The position numbers and the translations under genes were made by a program. Source: Bispira polyomma (lineage: Eukaryota). From it: DNA of 64,000 nt. The stretch's first letter is position 1. Each line of letters opens with the position of its first letter. A model generated the notes under the pieces. The model did no database searches. It was not told the origin of the DNA and worked only from the letters and a program-made list of their open reading frames with translations. This document shows, in pieces, positions 52,437 to 64,000 of the stretch. The stretch covers positions 1,550,001 through 1,614,000 of the forward strand of contig OZ287755.1 in the NCBI GenBank assembly GCA_965649765.1, written 5' to 3'.

Positions 52437-53920
52437 TTACAATGTGACTTGTGCCTTCACAAGTATGTATCTTCCAAGTTCTGCTATAAAATTGTCCCCA
52501 CTTTTAATTTTATTCTCCTTCGTAAAAGGATCAGGACTAACAAAATGTAAGCTGTCGGCATGTTTCTGCCACTGCTCCAGCGTCACAACCTCCTCAGTCA
52601 CATCTTCGGGTAGAACGCACCTCAAGCTAGGACAAATGAGTTGAAGACTTGGGGATATATACACTAACTGAGGATTATATTCAATCATCTTATATGGCAT
52701 CTGGCCAGCATTCCAAAGCCACAGTTTGTCCCTGTGTGAGCGCATTATGTCAATGTAAATTTGTGAGAACATGCTATTGGGCCTACTCATTAATATCCCC
52801 ATGTTAACTGTTGTACTGGCTATTTTCTCTATTGGCTGTCCACCAACATCTCTGCTTATGACAAACTCGTATTTATACAACTCTGCATCTAAAGGGTTTA
52901 TTAACAGTAAGTCAGCGTCTGAAATGATCCCTCCATATTTATTTATTATCTCTGCTTTCACTGTGTCGGCTGCATGTTCAACTTTGTGAATCTTCTGATT
53001 AAACACAGTTGCTGGCTCAATCTGATGTACAAGTTGAAGAACATTTGTACCTTTCATATGTTCCTGCAATTTTAACCAATACTTCCCTGTAGGCTGATTA
53101 TTGCAGTGAATGTACACCTTTGATACTTTACCGATATGTATAAATGATAGAATAGACATGTAGAAAGTCAAACTGAGACTAAATTTCCCAAACATGATAT
53201 AATGTACAATATTAGGTATCACTGGCTGCTGGTGTTTAATCGGCTTTACTGTGTCTGTATTACCATACATTAGTAATCTTGAAACATTACAAAAGTGACT
53301 TCTACAAAACCAGATATCAGATGGCATTAATGGAAGGTTTTGAGTGTGATAACACATATACCTTTTTGTATTTTTTTTGTTCTGCTGTATATCGTCCTTG
53401 TTTAAGCTGTAGCACTTAGCTGAAGTGGCTTTACTGTCAGAACTTTTCTTGGATGAGACCAGCTGTTGAGTGTATTTAAAGTCATTTAAAGAGCTTGTTG
53501 ATAGATACTCTGTCAGAATTGTTTTAAAGTTGACATAAAGGTCCTCCTTTGTTTCAATAGATGCTTGTCTAATCCATCCATCTGAAGCTGTTCCATTGGT
53601 GCAGCACTCTTCACAGAAGTGAAAATCCAAATATGGGTACTTCACCATAACAAACTGAATCCACTGATTGTAACCATCAGATAATGGAAATATATCGTAA
53701 AAGATTACAATGTTGTCTGCTCGTAGAAATGTAAATATGCTGATAATATTCAGGGCGTGTTGAAACTCAAAGGTCTTTTCACCACACCATACCATTATTA
53801 CAGAGCTTATATCCACACCACTGGTCAATTTTGATAGAGTGTTTCCTGTAGATGCATTTTGACTTCCACTGTTTTGCTTGTTGATGATATTGGCTTCACC
53901 TAACAAGGCAGTATTTACAT
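52437..53920 (-). CDS. GT32-family glycosyltransferase (alpha-1,4-GlcNAc/Gal transferase-like), exon 2 (lumenal catalytic region)
   Basis: IPNIVHYIMFG..FYMSILS..VYIH..PTGKYW..VEHAADTVKAEIINKYGGIISDAD (DxD)..VNMGILMSRPNSMF..WLWNAG. Acceptor ttttttacag ends at 53921, phase 1. Long uninterrupted ORF. Confidence 0.9.
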
Positions 53921-54090
53921 CTGTAAAAAAAAGATTAAGAAAGATATATTATACATGTTGTGAAAAGACTTAAACCTATATATTAACCTAAAACAACTAT
54001 ATCCATAAATTTTGATATTAGCTCATGTTGAAGAGCAATGCCATCATCCTGCCATATTTGTTTGGTTAATCAAATAAAATAGGCAATTTT

Positions 54091-54150
54091 TTTGACTTGT
54101 GCAAACGTACAAATATTATGTTTGACTTGTGCAAACGTACAAATATTATG
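54091..54150. repeat. Perfect 30-bp tandem duplication
   Basis: TTTGACTTGTGCAAACGTACAAATATTATG occurs twice. Confidence 0.95.
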
Positions 54151-54459
54151 TAATTTAAAAAATAACAACTTGGAAATATGTCTACTGACAAAAAAATGTC
54201 CCAGTCAGTTTAAACTAATGACACAATCCTCAGTTACAATTGGATTATTTATGGGGCATCAGTGTGATCTCCTAGGCAAATAGGCAAATGATGATTAATT
54301 AACACATAATGATGACACTCAAGGACTGTCATTACGTTGTAATACATTCTATATGGTCATAGATTGAAATAAATATATGAAGATATTCTACAATGGAAGT
54401 TACCACTTTTACAATTGTAAGTTAGTTAATATAGATCTGATAAGAATTAATTCCATTAA

Positions 54460-55300
54460 ACAGGCAATAAACTCTGCATTGTTGGCTAAAAACATATATT
54501 GGTCAGTGTGTTTGAATGCTTTGTGATGTTTAAAAAACCCAGCATATTCCAGAATAGACCAAAATTAGGTGAGTGTGGGCCACATTCAAGCATCCTATAT
54601 CCATCCTGATACCAAGTTCACAGTCAGAGAAAATGCTACAAATAAATCCAGATTTTTAAAACTTGGCTTAGTTTATGATGGGTTTGAATGCTTGTTGAGG
54701 TTTCAAAAGCTGGGCCACATTCCTGCATGCTATATCCATCCAGAGAGCAACTTTCTTTTTTTCCGATTTTTAAACTTTGTCTATTCAATGGTTTGTTTGA
54801 ATACTGGGGAAGCTAGCATGTCGCTAAATTGTAAAAAAAAACAACAAAACATTAAGCTGAGGATGATCTACATTGCTGCATCCTATATCTATTCCGATGC
54901 CAAGTTCAAAGTTAAAAGCAAATTTTGAATTTTGTTTCCCGATTTTTCAATCTTTGTCTAGTCTCTATGGTGTGTTTGAATGCTCGAAAAGCTATCATAT
55001 TTCTAAATTGAAAAAAAACAAAACACATTTAGGTGATTGTGGTCTACATTGACCCATTTTATGTCCATCCAGATATTAAGTTCAAAGTCACACCAGCTAG
55101 ATGTCGAAATTTCTTATGTTTTTCCAGATATTTGAATTTTGTCTATAATGTGTTTGAATGCTTGGTGACGTTTCGGAAAGCTAGCATATTGGTAAATTGA
55201 ATGGTGTTACGGATGGCTGGACAAAACGAAAGTATAATGCTAAAGTATAACACAAAAGCATAATACCCCACCCAAAAAATTATACCGATTGGTGGCAAGT
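54460..55300 (+). mobile_element. Degenerate element with an internal ~175-bp core-repeat array (HINE/pearl/DINE-1-like)
   Basis: GTTTGAATGCT..CACATT..CATCCTATATCCATCC..CAAGTTCA recurs at ~54510, 54680, 54795, 54975 and 55150. It is followed by ACGGATGG..GGAC and CATAATACCCC. Confidence 0.45.
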
Positions 55301-56640
55301 TGAACTTTTATCTCTCTTTTTCATGAATAGTGTTCTCCCAAACTGTACCCCAATGATTTGTGTTAAGATATTTTGCCAGAAAAGTAGTATTTGAGGAATA
55401 TGGTGATTTCAGTGACTTTTTCAGTGACTTTTCATTGACTTTCTATATATATCATTTGGCAGGATAAAAGTTGAAAAATAAATTCCAAACACTCTTTCAA
55501 TATATATATTTTTGACATTGGCTACTAACTTCTCTATATTGTACATGATGTAGATAAATCAAGATGGCTGCCAAAGAGCCTTGGGATACTCACACCACAT
55601 GTTTAAAGCTTCATTTGCACATCTATCGGCATACCATTCGGAAACCGGGCGCGTGTTGTTTGAGTTAGGATGGCATTTATGACTCTGTGGTGTATAAGGA
55701 AACTTCAAATCTGTAATAACAGGATTCAGAAAACAAAAACTAAACACCTTACAATAAATGGAACACAATTGGCTTTACTATGGTGATACCACTTTCCAGT
55801 CTATTGAAAAAGTTGTGCAAGTCTATATCATAGCTGTGAAAAACATTTGAGAGCACTTCTCTGTCACCAAAATATGTATTTAATATTAACCAACATATCT
55901 GTTTCAAAGACTCTTTTTTATTAGCATTTTCATGTGTAAAGCCTGTTAACTGTAGCGTTAAAAACAAGTAGACCCGAAAATAGAATGGACTGGATTTTGG
56001 TTCATTGACTTATACATCACTTTCGACACCTAAATTAAAATGTAAATGATGTGCAATGGACGGTATATTAGCTCTTTAAAGCAGTACATGTTAGTTGGTA
56101 ACAATTACAGAAGCTCTCAGTTAGTAGTAGAACAGCAAACCTTCACCAACTACACTGCTTTGATTTCATCCTCCTGTGAACTGCCCCGTCATGATAGAAC
56201 ACTAGACGTTTTAAAATATGACGTTATACCCCCAAAAAACTTAACCAAACAAAAATCTTGATAACTCCAAATTTCATTAATATATTTTTAAATAGATGTC
56301 GTCTTTATAAATTTTACTCACAAACAAATGTCAACTATTATCTGAGTGAAGCCACAAGTCTAAACATGTACATGTACATCATGTACATGTGTATCCAAAA
56401 ACAAATATGATACAAGCAGACCGAGTATCTATCCATTGCATGATGCGTTTATTTTAGTGATGGTACAGCATACACAATGGACAGAGTTGTTTCTATAGAA
56501 AATCATTGTAAATGTGTGGGCAAAGAAGTTTTTATTGTAGTTGTTGAAGGAATGATGGAATTATTGCTGTAATAATGTTCTTTCTTTTATTCATTTTTAA
56601 ACCATTATGTACATGTTTCCTTTGTATATATTAATTACTA

Positions 56641-57046
56641 ATAATTCCCACATATTATTATGTCACATGTATAAACACATTTTTTTCAAGTTCTTACTTC
56701 TGTACTGCAGAGTGACAACTGGCTGTCCATGATTCCCCAAAGTACTAAGCTATCCCAGCTGAAGTAGCACTTGGGAAGCAGCCAGCTAGTGACTCAAGAA
56801 GTTAGTCACTGCCCCTGTGACCAAGTACCTGGTCACCCCGGAGGTGCAGCTTGTAGTAATACACCCACCAACACGCTCTGTGTCGGGTGAAGTCAGTCTC
56901 ACTCACTGACTATCTGAACCCAACTCTGAACTCTCACTCACTGTTACTAACTGCGACTGAATTGCTTGGCTAAGGCTCTACCTTATTAGCAAAATAAGGG
57001 AAGGGCATAATAAAGATTTACAAAGACATTACCCAATAAGCATGTA
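56641..57046 (-). repeat. Dispersed promoter-bearing repeat, copy 2 (solo, in the GT32 intron)
   Basis: Colinear with 28566-28944 from ATAATTCCCACATATTATTATGTCA to CCAATAAGCATGTA. The TATA box is mutated. Confidence 0.75.
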
Positions 57047-58485
57047 AAAGTCTTTAATTATAAACCTGCCAGCTGTTGTTTAGGTCACCGGCTATCACAA
57101 TGCATTGTACAGAATTAACACCTTCGCTCTACACATATATAATTAGACTAACACAATAACATTGCACAATGAAATGTCACAAAGGACTTCTTACATAATA
57201 GCTAGTGACATATGTTGTTTCTGTCACATCACAGACTTGTAAATTGGCCTACATAAATGGCATGACACATATAGGCATAGCCTTTGTTGTTACTTTAGTT
57301 GATAGTACTGATGACAGAAGCTGAAAAGTGAATACTAATAAATGATTTAAATATACAAAATATATTCTATAATTTTAAGAACTCTTACAATATTCTAGAA
57401 TTCTATATTTCCACAAATTAAATCTTCCCACAAATGTGCAACAGTGTACTTGGAGACACACCTCCAATCCCGGAATATCGTTTGTACAATAATGCATTTG
57501 GTTGTTCGACTCACGTTTGGTGCAGTTCAAAAATGACCCCCAGAAAACCCATTAGCTCCTTGTTGAGACAGGCCAGCGATTGTGAAGCAGGCGCTTCTTA
57601 CGGCTGGGCCACCATGGCCCCCTTCTTTTGTCTCAGGAAAGTTTTGGATAAAGAGCAAGGTTCCTTAATGCCTTAGTTCCTTAATGTCTCTGTCACACCA
57701 CTCCGTTGAAAAGCCACGATGGTATGAAATTTAAAAACGGTGCATGAAGTACCACAAAGTATTCCTTGTGTGAACGTTTCCTGACATTAGAATTTGTTTT
57801 AGAATCGTCTATGTTTTGTCCTTTGCCACCACTATTTTAAATATTCTGTCTAAATCCGTCATACGACGTTTGTTTCCGTAATCCAATGTCTGAATGTGCA
57901 GATACACTACATCGAAAAAACTGGCTGATTTCTGTAGTATTCTTGGTTAAAAAAATAAAAAAATGAATAAAGTTAGTTCACTTTCCAGTCCGCCATCCCA
58001 AAAAAAAAATCAATCTTGGACTGATTTTGAACAATCGGCTCCTGATTTAGAGCTGACATCGGTTAGGTGTATAATAAATCTGTTTTTTTTTTTTAGATTT
58101 GAATTTTTTCGGAAACAGGAGTCGGATTATGGATTTGGAAACAAAATCGGACAGGTGAATTCCCCCCCTTGAGACTTTGGTTTACCCAGCATTCTGTGGC
58201 AAACTAAGGCTAGTGTTATGCACCCGCACCCTAAAAGGGGTACCGTTGCGACACCCAGCCCCAGTAATTACTGGCGTGGCCGTTTTGACACCAAAAGAAT
58301 AAATGTTTTAGTGTCAAAATTGCCACACCAACTGGACACCAATGCAAATATATGATTGAGGCTGTCAAAACGGACCAGCCTAGCCAATTGGAAACTAAAG
58401 ACGCCCCAACCAGTTGTTAGCATAACGAGGGTTTCCATGCACATACAGAGCCCAGTTAATGTTTTTACAGTATATATCTACTTAC

Positions 58486-58648
58486 CAATATTTTTTGGAG
58501 ATTTCAAAACCAAGTGCTGTTTCAGTTGGTCTGTGAGCGACCACTGAATGTTGCTCAGTACTAACACCGATAGAATTAACAATATAACTCCCCCCAACAA
58601 TACTCCCCTGTAATATCTACAATTAGTTATTAATGTTCTTCCAGACAT
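58486..58648 (-). CDS. GT32 glycosyltransferase exon 1 (cytoplasmic tail + transmembrane anchor + stem)
   Basis: MSGRTLITNCRYYRGVLLGGVILLILSVLVLSNIQWSL..PKNI G|gtaagt (phase 1) splices to exon 2 as G|AT GTA AAT (DVN). Total 163+1484 nt = 548 aa + stop. Confidence 0.85.
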
Positions 58649-60381
58649 CGTAAAATTTTGTTTATTATCCCCCAAAAAAATCAAACCCGAGAAATGGGGA
58701 AAATAACTAAAATAACACTGTGTGAAACTCTCTCTCTCTGTGTATAAATATCCAAGTAATTGGCATTTGTCAAACGACCACAGGAAATAATCTACCTCAT
58801 GTATGCATATATATACACCAGCACACTGCTATATTAAACAATGTACACCTTAAGTACAGGTACCCTGTCAAATATGGGAATATGAGGCGATATAATATAG
58901 GAATAAAAAATACGAGTGTTTTATGCGGCGTACTTTTAAACGATCGATGAGGTGGGTGAATGGCCGATTATTTAATAAAAGCTCTGAATTTACTTAAGGT
59001 AATTTAAAAAAAATATCATAAGAAAGCTTATTTTATTGCGATTACTGTCACTTTTGTTGCATCAAAATCCGTTGAGAAATGGCTAAAATATTTGAGTTTA
59101 AATATATGGAAGTGTGTCGATGAATGTAAACAACCTCCACGGGTGGCGCTGGCTTCGGACTATTCTTGGTCTTGGCCACCCAGTAGAATCAATACATAGT
59201 ATAGGTAAACATCAAAGTGGTTCTGTACCGTGACACCAGGATACCGTTCCGCCATATAAGGAAAGGGAGAAGGTAGTTTTTTCATCAGCCGTGGATAATG
59301 TCTGGGTGAACAAACCAACTTCCTTGAGCTACAAAAATATATAAAATATGTTATTTCGCAGCCATTAATCCAAATAATGGCCTCATATTTTGACATAAGA
59401 TACAAAAGTATTAATTCTTTGTAAAAAATATTAATTTTACGAAAATTTAAAAGATGAAAGATTTATTCTCAGTTACTATAGCTATAGTACAAATTTCATA
59501 ATTATATGGGGTTAAGGAGGACTTATTGTGGTTTCTGACTGTCTTTATTTCAATAAAATACATGGAAAAATACAAATATTTTGATTGTCGAAATGTAGAC
59601 TCAGCATGGAAGTGTTGAAAAATCGCCATTTTAGGACCAAATTTAATACATAAATTCATTATTTCAAACTCCAAAAATCGTAGACATATATGTTGCTAAA
59701 CATTAATCGTAGTAGTTTCTGACTGTTTATATTTAAATAAAATTCATAGAATAATAACAACTATTTTAATTGCTAAAGTTTACCCCTACCATGAAAATAT
59801 TGAAAACTCTCCCAAAATGAGCTTTGACATGCAAAATTTAACTTTTAGAAAGTAAAATACGTAATGGTAAGTTAGTAAAGTGATTGTTAATGAATATAAA
59901 TATCCCTACGTGGGTGGACACTTTAATTACTACTTATATTGTGGTAACAGTCCACAGAGCACCCCAGACTAGGGTAAAGTGATAATGAAACATTAAAGTG
60001 AAAACAAGGCGTATAACTCTTTGAGCATTTGTTATATATACATATATCTAACAGCTAACATTTAAGGTTATTTAGTTAAATCATCAAATACATTTATAAA
60101 ATCTAAGGTGGCCATCAAGGTAAGGTCACCATAAATTAGGTTTACCTTTGATGAAGATTTACTTTTGTGACTTAAGGTCACCTGAAACTAAGATTTAGTT
60201 TAAGAAATAAATTTTCAAGTTAAGGTTACCTTAAGACTAGAGGTAAGGCTACCATAAGTGTAACCTGTTTTGAGTTAACGGTAAAGTTAAGGTTACAAAA
60301 TACTTTTGTATATATACTACATATTACTAACTATACTATAAACATTAATCTACTAACTTGCCCAAACGCCATACTGGATAC

Positions 60382-61220
60382 TTAATGTAGTATAATGTTT
60401 TGTAGGGAAGAAGCCACGGTTGCAGCAGCGTTAGGGGTGGACTGGAGGTAAGCCCACACAGCTGATGACCTCCAACCTCCATGCGCCATGATGGCCTGTA
60501 ATTCTACATTATTTTCAAAGGCCAGGGTTGCCCCTGAGCGACGAAATGAGTGGAAAGTAAATGACTGAGGGTTGAGTGACAATCAGATAATTATTTCTCT
60601 TATTACTTGCCTAACTTTATAGGCTGTGATTGGGATTACTTTTCCATTCATTTTGTACATAAAAACTTGTGAGTCACATGTGTTTATATTTCTTGCAAAC
60701 ATATACCTTAAGGCCCTTACAGGACACAATAGATTGTTCTCTAGAGCTGGGAGCTGGACCACATGATATTAATTATATTTTTGAAGATTTTTAGCCCATC
60801 TCAATATAATATGGACTCCCGGGGAGCCCCACACAAAATCCTCACATGTAAGATTTCTCTGGAGGTTAAATTTAGAAACACTGGAGAGGACTAGATTTGA
60901 AATTCTGAAAAACCCCAAAAATGCTGTCAAAAATAAAGCCCTGTACATATAGGAGTGTGGAAATGCGGCGATCTGCTGAATGATGGAAGTGAGGATAGGA
61001 AGGGTTATAATTTCCTTTAATCTAGGTGAATAAGGAGTGGTCAGTGACAGTGATCTGAAGAATAATCTAATTTGAGAGTGAGAGAAAACTCCCACAGGAA
61101 GGGTTCATTGTTGGAAATGGTTTGAGCCCCTGTTGAGCAAGATACTCCACAAATTGCAAAATAAACTGAAGAGATGAGATATCAGCTACACCAAGGAATA
61201 TGGCAAATGCCAAGATTAAC
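60382..61220 (-). pseudogene. Tyrosine recombinase (YR) of the DIRS/Ngaro element
   Basis: RALFLTAFLGFFRISNL (R), IILRWAKNLQ, LCPVRAL, FHSFRRSGATLAF (HxxR), IMAHGGWRSSAVWAYL (H/W, Y). Frameshifted at ~60769 and ~61100. Confidence 0.9.
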
Positions 61221-61224
61221 CTAA

Positions 61225-62200
61225 TACAATTGCCCTGAGCTTAATGTTTTCCAATTTATCCTCGGGAATAGTGAGGGTGTCCGACCTTGCATTAACCATA
61301 ATTCCCATGCACACAACTTGCTCTGCGGGGGTTTGGGATTATAGGAAGGCCCAGGTACTCAATTAAACTGTATAATTGGTCAAACGGCAACCAGATCGTC
61401 GATATAATTCCATATCTTAAATTGGTTTCTGGCCATGATCCGACGCATACTATCCGTGACCCTTTCACAGTTGGCCGTGCCATGCTTATAGCCCATCATT
61501 ACAGCAAGATCTATATATGTACTGTCACCCCACTTTAACCTGGTAAACCTATAATCACCTGGATCAATACGTAGGTTCCTAAATGCCCGTGAGAGATCTA
61601 GCTTATATATTTTTGTAGTAGGGCCAATTTCATCAATACGCTCAACCAGCATGTCAATAGTCGGGAGGGTGAGGACAAAGCCTTGGCCGTCATATACCCC
61701 ATCTGTCACCATACTATTCACAGAAGTGCCATCATGTGGCCATGAGAGGTCTACAATAAGGCGCCGAGTGTTATCGTCCTTAGGGCGGGTCATAACAGGA
61801 GAACAATGCAGTTGTTTATATGGGTTTTCTTTGAAAGGGTCCGCTATTGCCTTATGTAAGCGTTCAGTGACAAAGTATTTATCCACACTTTTTGGGAATT
61901 CTAAAGCACTGTCATGGTTTTTAACATCGCTGTTAAATGTAAACCCGGCAGTTTGCATATCAAGGGGAAAACTCAAGATATTCCGCCAGTTGTTTATCCC
62001 CATCCCCTTCAAGTACTTTTCGCCACGCATCAATATTCAACTCAGATGGGACTGGTATCCGCGCACCCATGTAATTGGGGCAACCCCAATCACTAACCGC
62101 CTTATGTGCTGTCACAGCCCATTGTTCCAACGAGTCATATTTGATGTTATTTCTAGTGTCAGGTATACCCCATATTGGCTTAAACTTACACATAAACCCA
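61225..62200 (-). pseudogene. Reverse transcriptase of the DIRS/Ngaro element (RNase H missing)
   Basis: NYMGARIPVPSELNIDAW, CSPVMTRPKD..RRLIVDLSWP, YKLDLSRAFRNLRIDP, NYIDDL, CMGIMVN..TLTIPEDKL. Confidence 0.9.
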
Positions 62201-62883
62201 AAGTTGTCACTTGATTTGACACCACACTCACTTCTTTGGTCAATGCCCTGTATAGGGCTAATTGCTTTCTTTGAATCACACACTGAAGTTGCAAGGGGAG
62301 GTGAGCCCCGAATAGTTTGATTGTTTTTGACACCCAAATTGGGTAACACCTTTGGGGTGTGAAAAAGAGGTTCGCCCTGAATGTCTTTGAATTTGTTTAG
62401 CAGGGGGGGGGGGGGGGGGGGAATACCTGTTGCACCCCACCTGGGGGGAGGTGACACTTTCTTCATAACTGTTAGCCCTAGTTCCCCCAATGTTCACAAC
62501 ATGTGGGCAAACCATGCCAACTTGTTTACTACTTTTTACACTCTTTTGTACACAGACATTGTTTTCATTTTGTATAGGAGGATTGTTAGCATTTTCACGG
62601 GGAAAGCTGCTACACCTGCAGTTTGGCTATTTTTCCCACCCTTTACTTTTGGTGAGAGCCCCACTGCCACTACCTTTTCATTATTTTTACAATATGTGTT
62701 AGAACATGCTTTGCACACTCTTTGTGTGCTATTTACATATTTCATACTATCACACCTACAACATGCAATATTGGTACACATATGTTTACATTCTAATCTA
62801 TTTACATTCTGCTTACTCTTATTATTTCTTTTAAAGTTACTATTCCAAAACACCCTAGTGACAACTGGCTGTCCCTTTTGGGT

Positions 62884-63863
62884 TTACCTATGGAATTCCT
62901 TAGTTTTGCTACTATTTTTTCCACAGTTAATTTCTTTATGAAGCTGTATGCGCTTCCCTTGACTGTAACATTTGGAGCATGCATGTTTTAAGACCATATT
63001 TCTAAACACGTGATCATTGGCCTGACTAAAGGTACCTTTGTTAAAGGCACTACACATAAGCACATTAGATTTTGCTTTGAATTTTTGACTAGCAGTAGAA
63101 CCCTGAGCTGAATCACTATGGCCATTGTCCTTAAGGGTGCGTTGGGTAAGGCGAGACCTTAGTTCATGAATATCACTTGAATTTTTCCACTCTACCTTGC
63201 CCTTTTCTATCTTAAGCAGCACCTGACAATGTACGCTTTTGATGGTATACCAAGAGGTCTCCAACCCATCCCTCATTAACTGCATTTCGTATTTAACATA
63301 TTATCTCTTACTTTTGGATCTTTTTCTTCATGTATACAGCCAAGGTAACCCTGAAAAAACATGAGGGGGGTGAGTTCGTTATATGCGGGTTGCTTTTTGC
63401 CTGAAATGTTATAGCAGAACTCACAGGGCCAATTAATTATATGTTTCACTGTGTGCTCAGAAGTTCTTTGTAAGCCAGACTTTAATTTTTTACCACTTTC
63501 TGGGGATCTGTATAGTTGTGATCTCTGTTTGTGTAGTCTCTGGTCCACCTGCGACTGTATCTGCTCATTCGTCCTAAGAAATCTCTAGCTGGGCAGAATC
63601 ACATTATCAGCCTCATCATACACTCCCGTGTCATACTTCTGGTCATCATAATGTCTGTTATGGCGCCTGTTGTGTGGCAAATATTCCTTTCTGACTTCGG
63701 ACTGCATATCCGGAATATTACCATGACGAACAGGAGAACTCTGAGATAGTGTTCCTTGAGCAAGGGGTTCACAAGACTTTCTAATGTCCCTCTCCTTTCT
63801 CACCTCGCCCATTTCAGTTTCTAACTTGAAGAGTTTATCCAGAATGATATCGGATTGTTCCAA
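62884..63863 (-). pseudogene. Gag-like ORF of the DIRS/Ngaro element
   Basis: KKLKSG..R..WPCE, YNELTPLMFFQGY, LM.D..W..IKSVH..VL..IEKG..W, and a Cys/His C-terminus CSAFNKG..DH..HACSKC..H. Frameshifted. Confidence 0.8.
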
Positions 63864-64000
63864 GTCACCTGCAGGTTCCTGCTCTGCTTCTCGCCTATTT
63901 TAAAAACAAGATGGCCGCTACGGGTGTTTTTTTAAAAATAATCCGGCTTTTAACTGTGTCTGTTTCTCAGCTGTAGAAGATTGAATCTCTTTACGGGTGA

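Larger units (their letters stand above)
59930..64000 (-). mobile_element. DIRS/Ngaro-type tyrosine-recombinase retrotransposon, internally deleted and frameshifted; 5' end probably at or beyond the window edge
   Basis: Order gag-like, RT, tyrosine recombinase on the minus strand. No integrase or protease. The 3' boundary is approximate. Confidence 0.9.

Noticed and set aside
58850-59926. Possible Kolobok-like non-autonomous transposon (ends ...GGACACTTTAA)
   Set aside because: Only one plausible terminus is visible and no matching TIR was found, so it is not called.
60382-61220. Phage or prokaryotic integrase suggesting horizontal transfer or contamination
   Set aside because: It is linked in order to gag and RT as in eukaryotic DIRS-order retrotransposons.

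Overview
AT-rich, intron-containing, repeat-dense animal genomic DNA. The C1qDC gene and the TE spectrum suggest a marine invertebrate, probably a lophotrochozoan such as a mollusc (inference). There are no prokaryotic operons, CRISPR arrays or rRNA. Host genes, all on the minus strand: (1) a two-exon type II membrane GT32-family (A4GNT/A4GALT-like) glycosyltransferase, 58648-58486 + 53920-52437, 548 aa; (2) a three-exon secreted C1q-domain gene, 27199-27016 + 21148-21083 + 14277-13841, 228 codons in frame, whose start reads ATTG rather than ATG; (3) a decayed ankyrin + Death-domain gene with an in-phase 198-bp Death duplication; (4) an orphan signal-anchor exon near 42 kb. Mobile DNA dominates the rest: a full-length but decayed two-ORF PIF/Harbinger element (35.5-40.3 kb), a second Harbinger transposase at the left edge, an internally deleted DIRS/Ngaro-type tyrosine-recombinase retrotransposon (60-64 kb), a Penelope-like element with a possible degenerate hammerhead, an L1/Tx1 LINE with a nested L2, other LINE relics, tRNA-derived SINEs with TSDs, a Crypton-like hairpin element, MITEs, minisatellites and two older local duplications. 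I did not find convincing evidence of a wholly new biological system. The most distinctive observations are the tandem-domain GT32 with a possible cassette exon, the start-codon and exon-duplication history of the C1qDC gene, and the TE architectures. All family calls are from motif recognition, not database searches.
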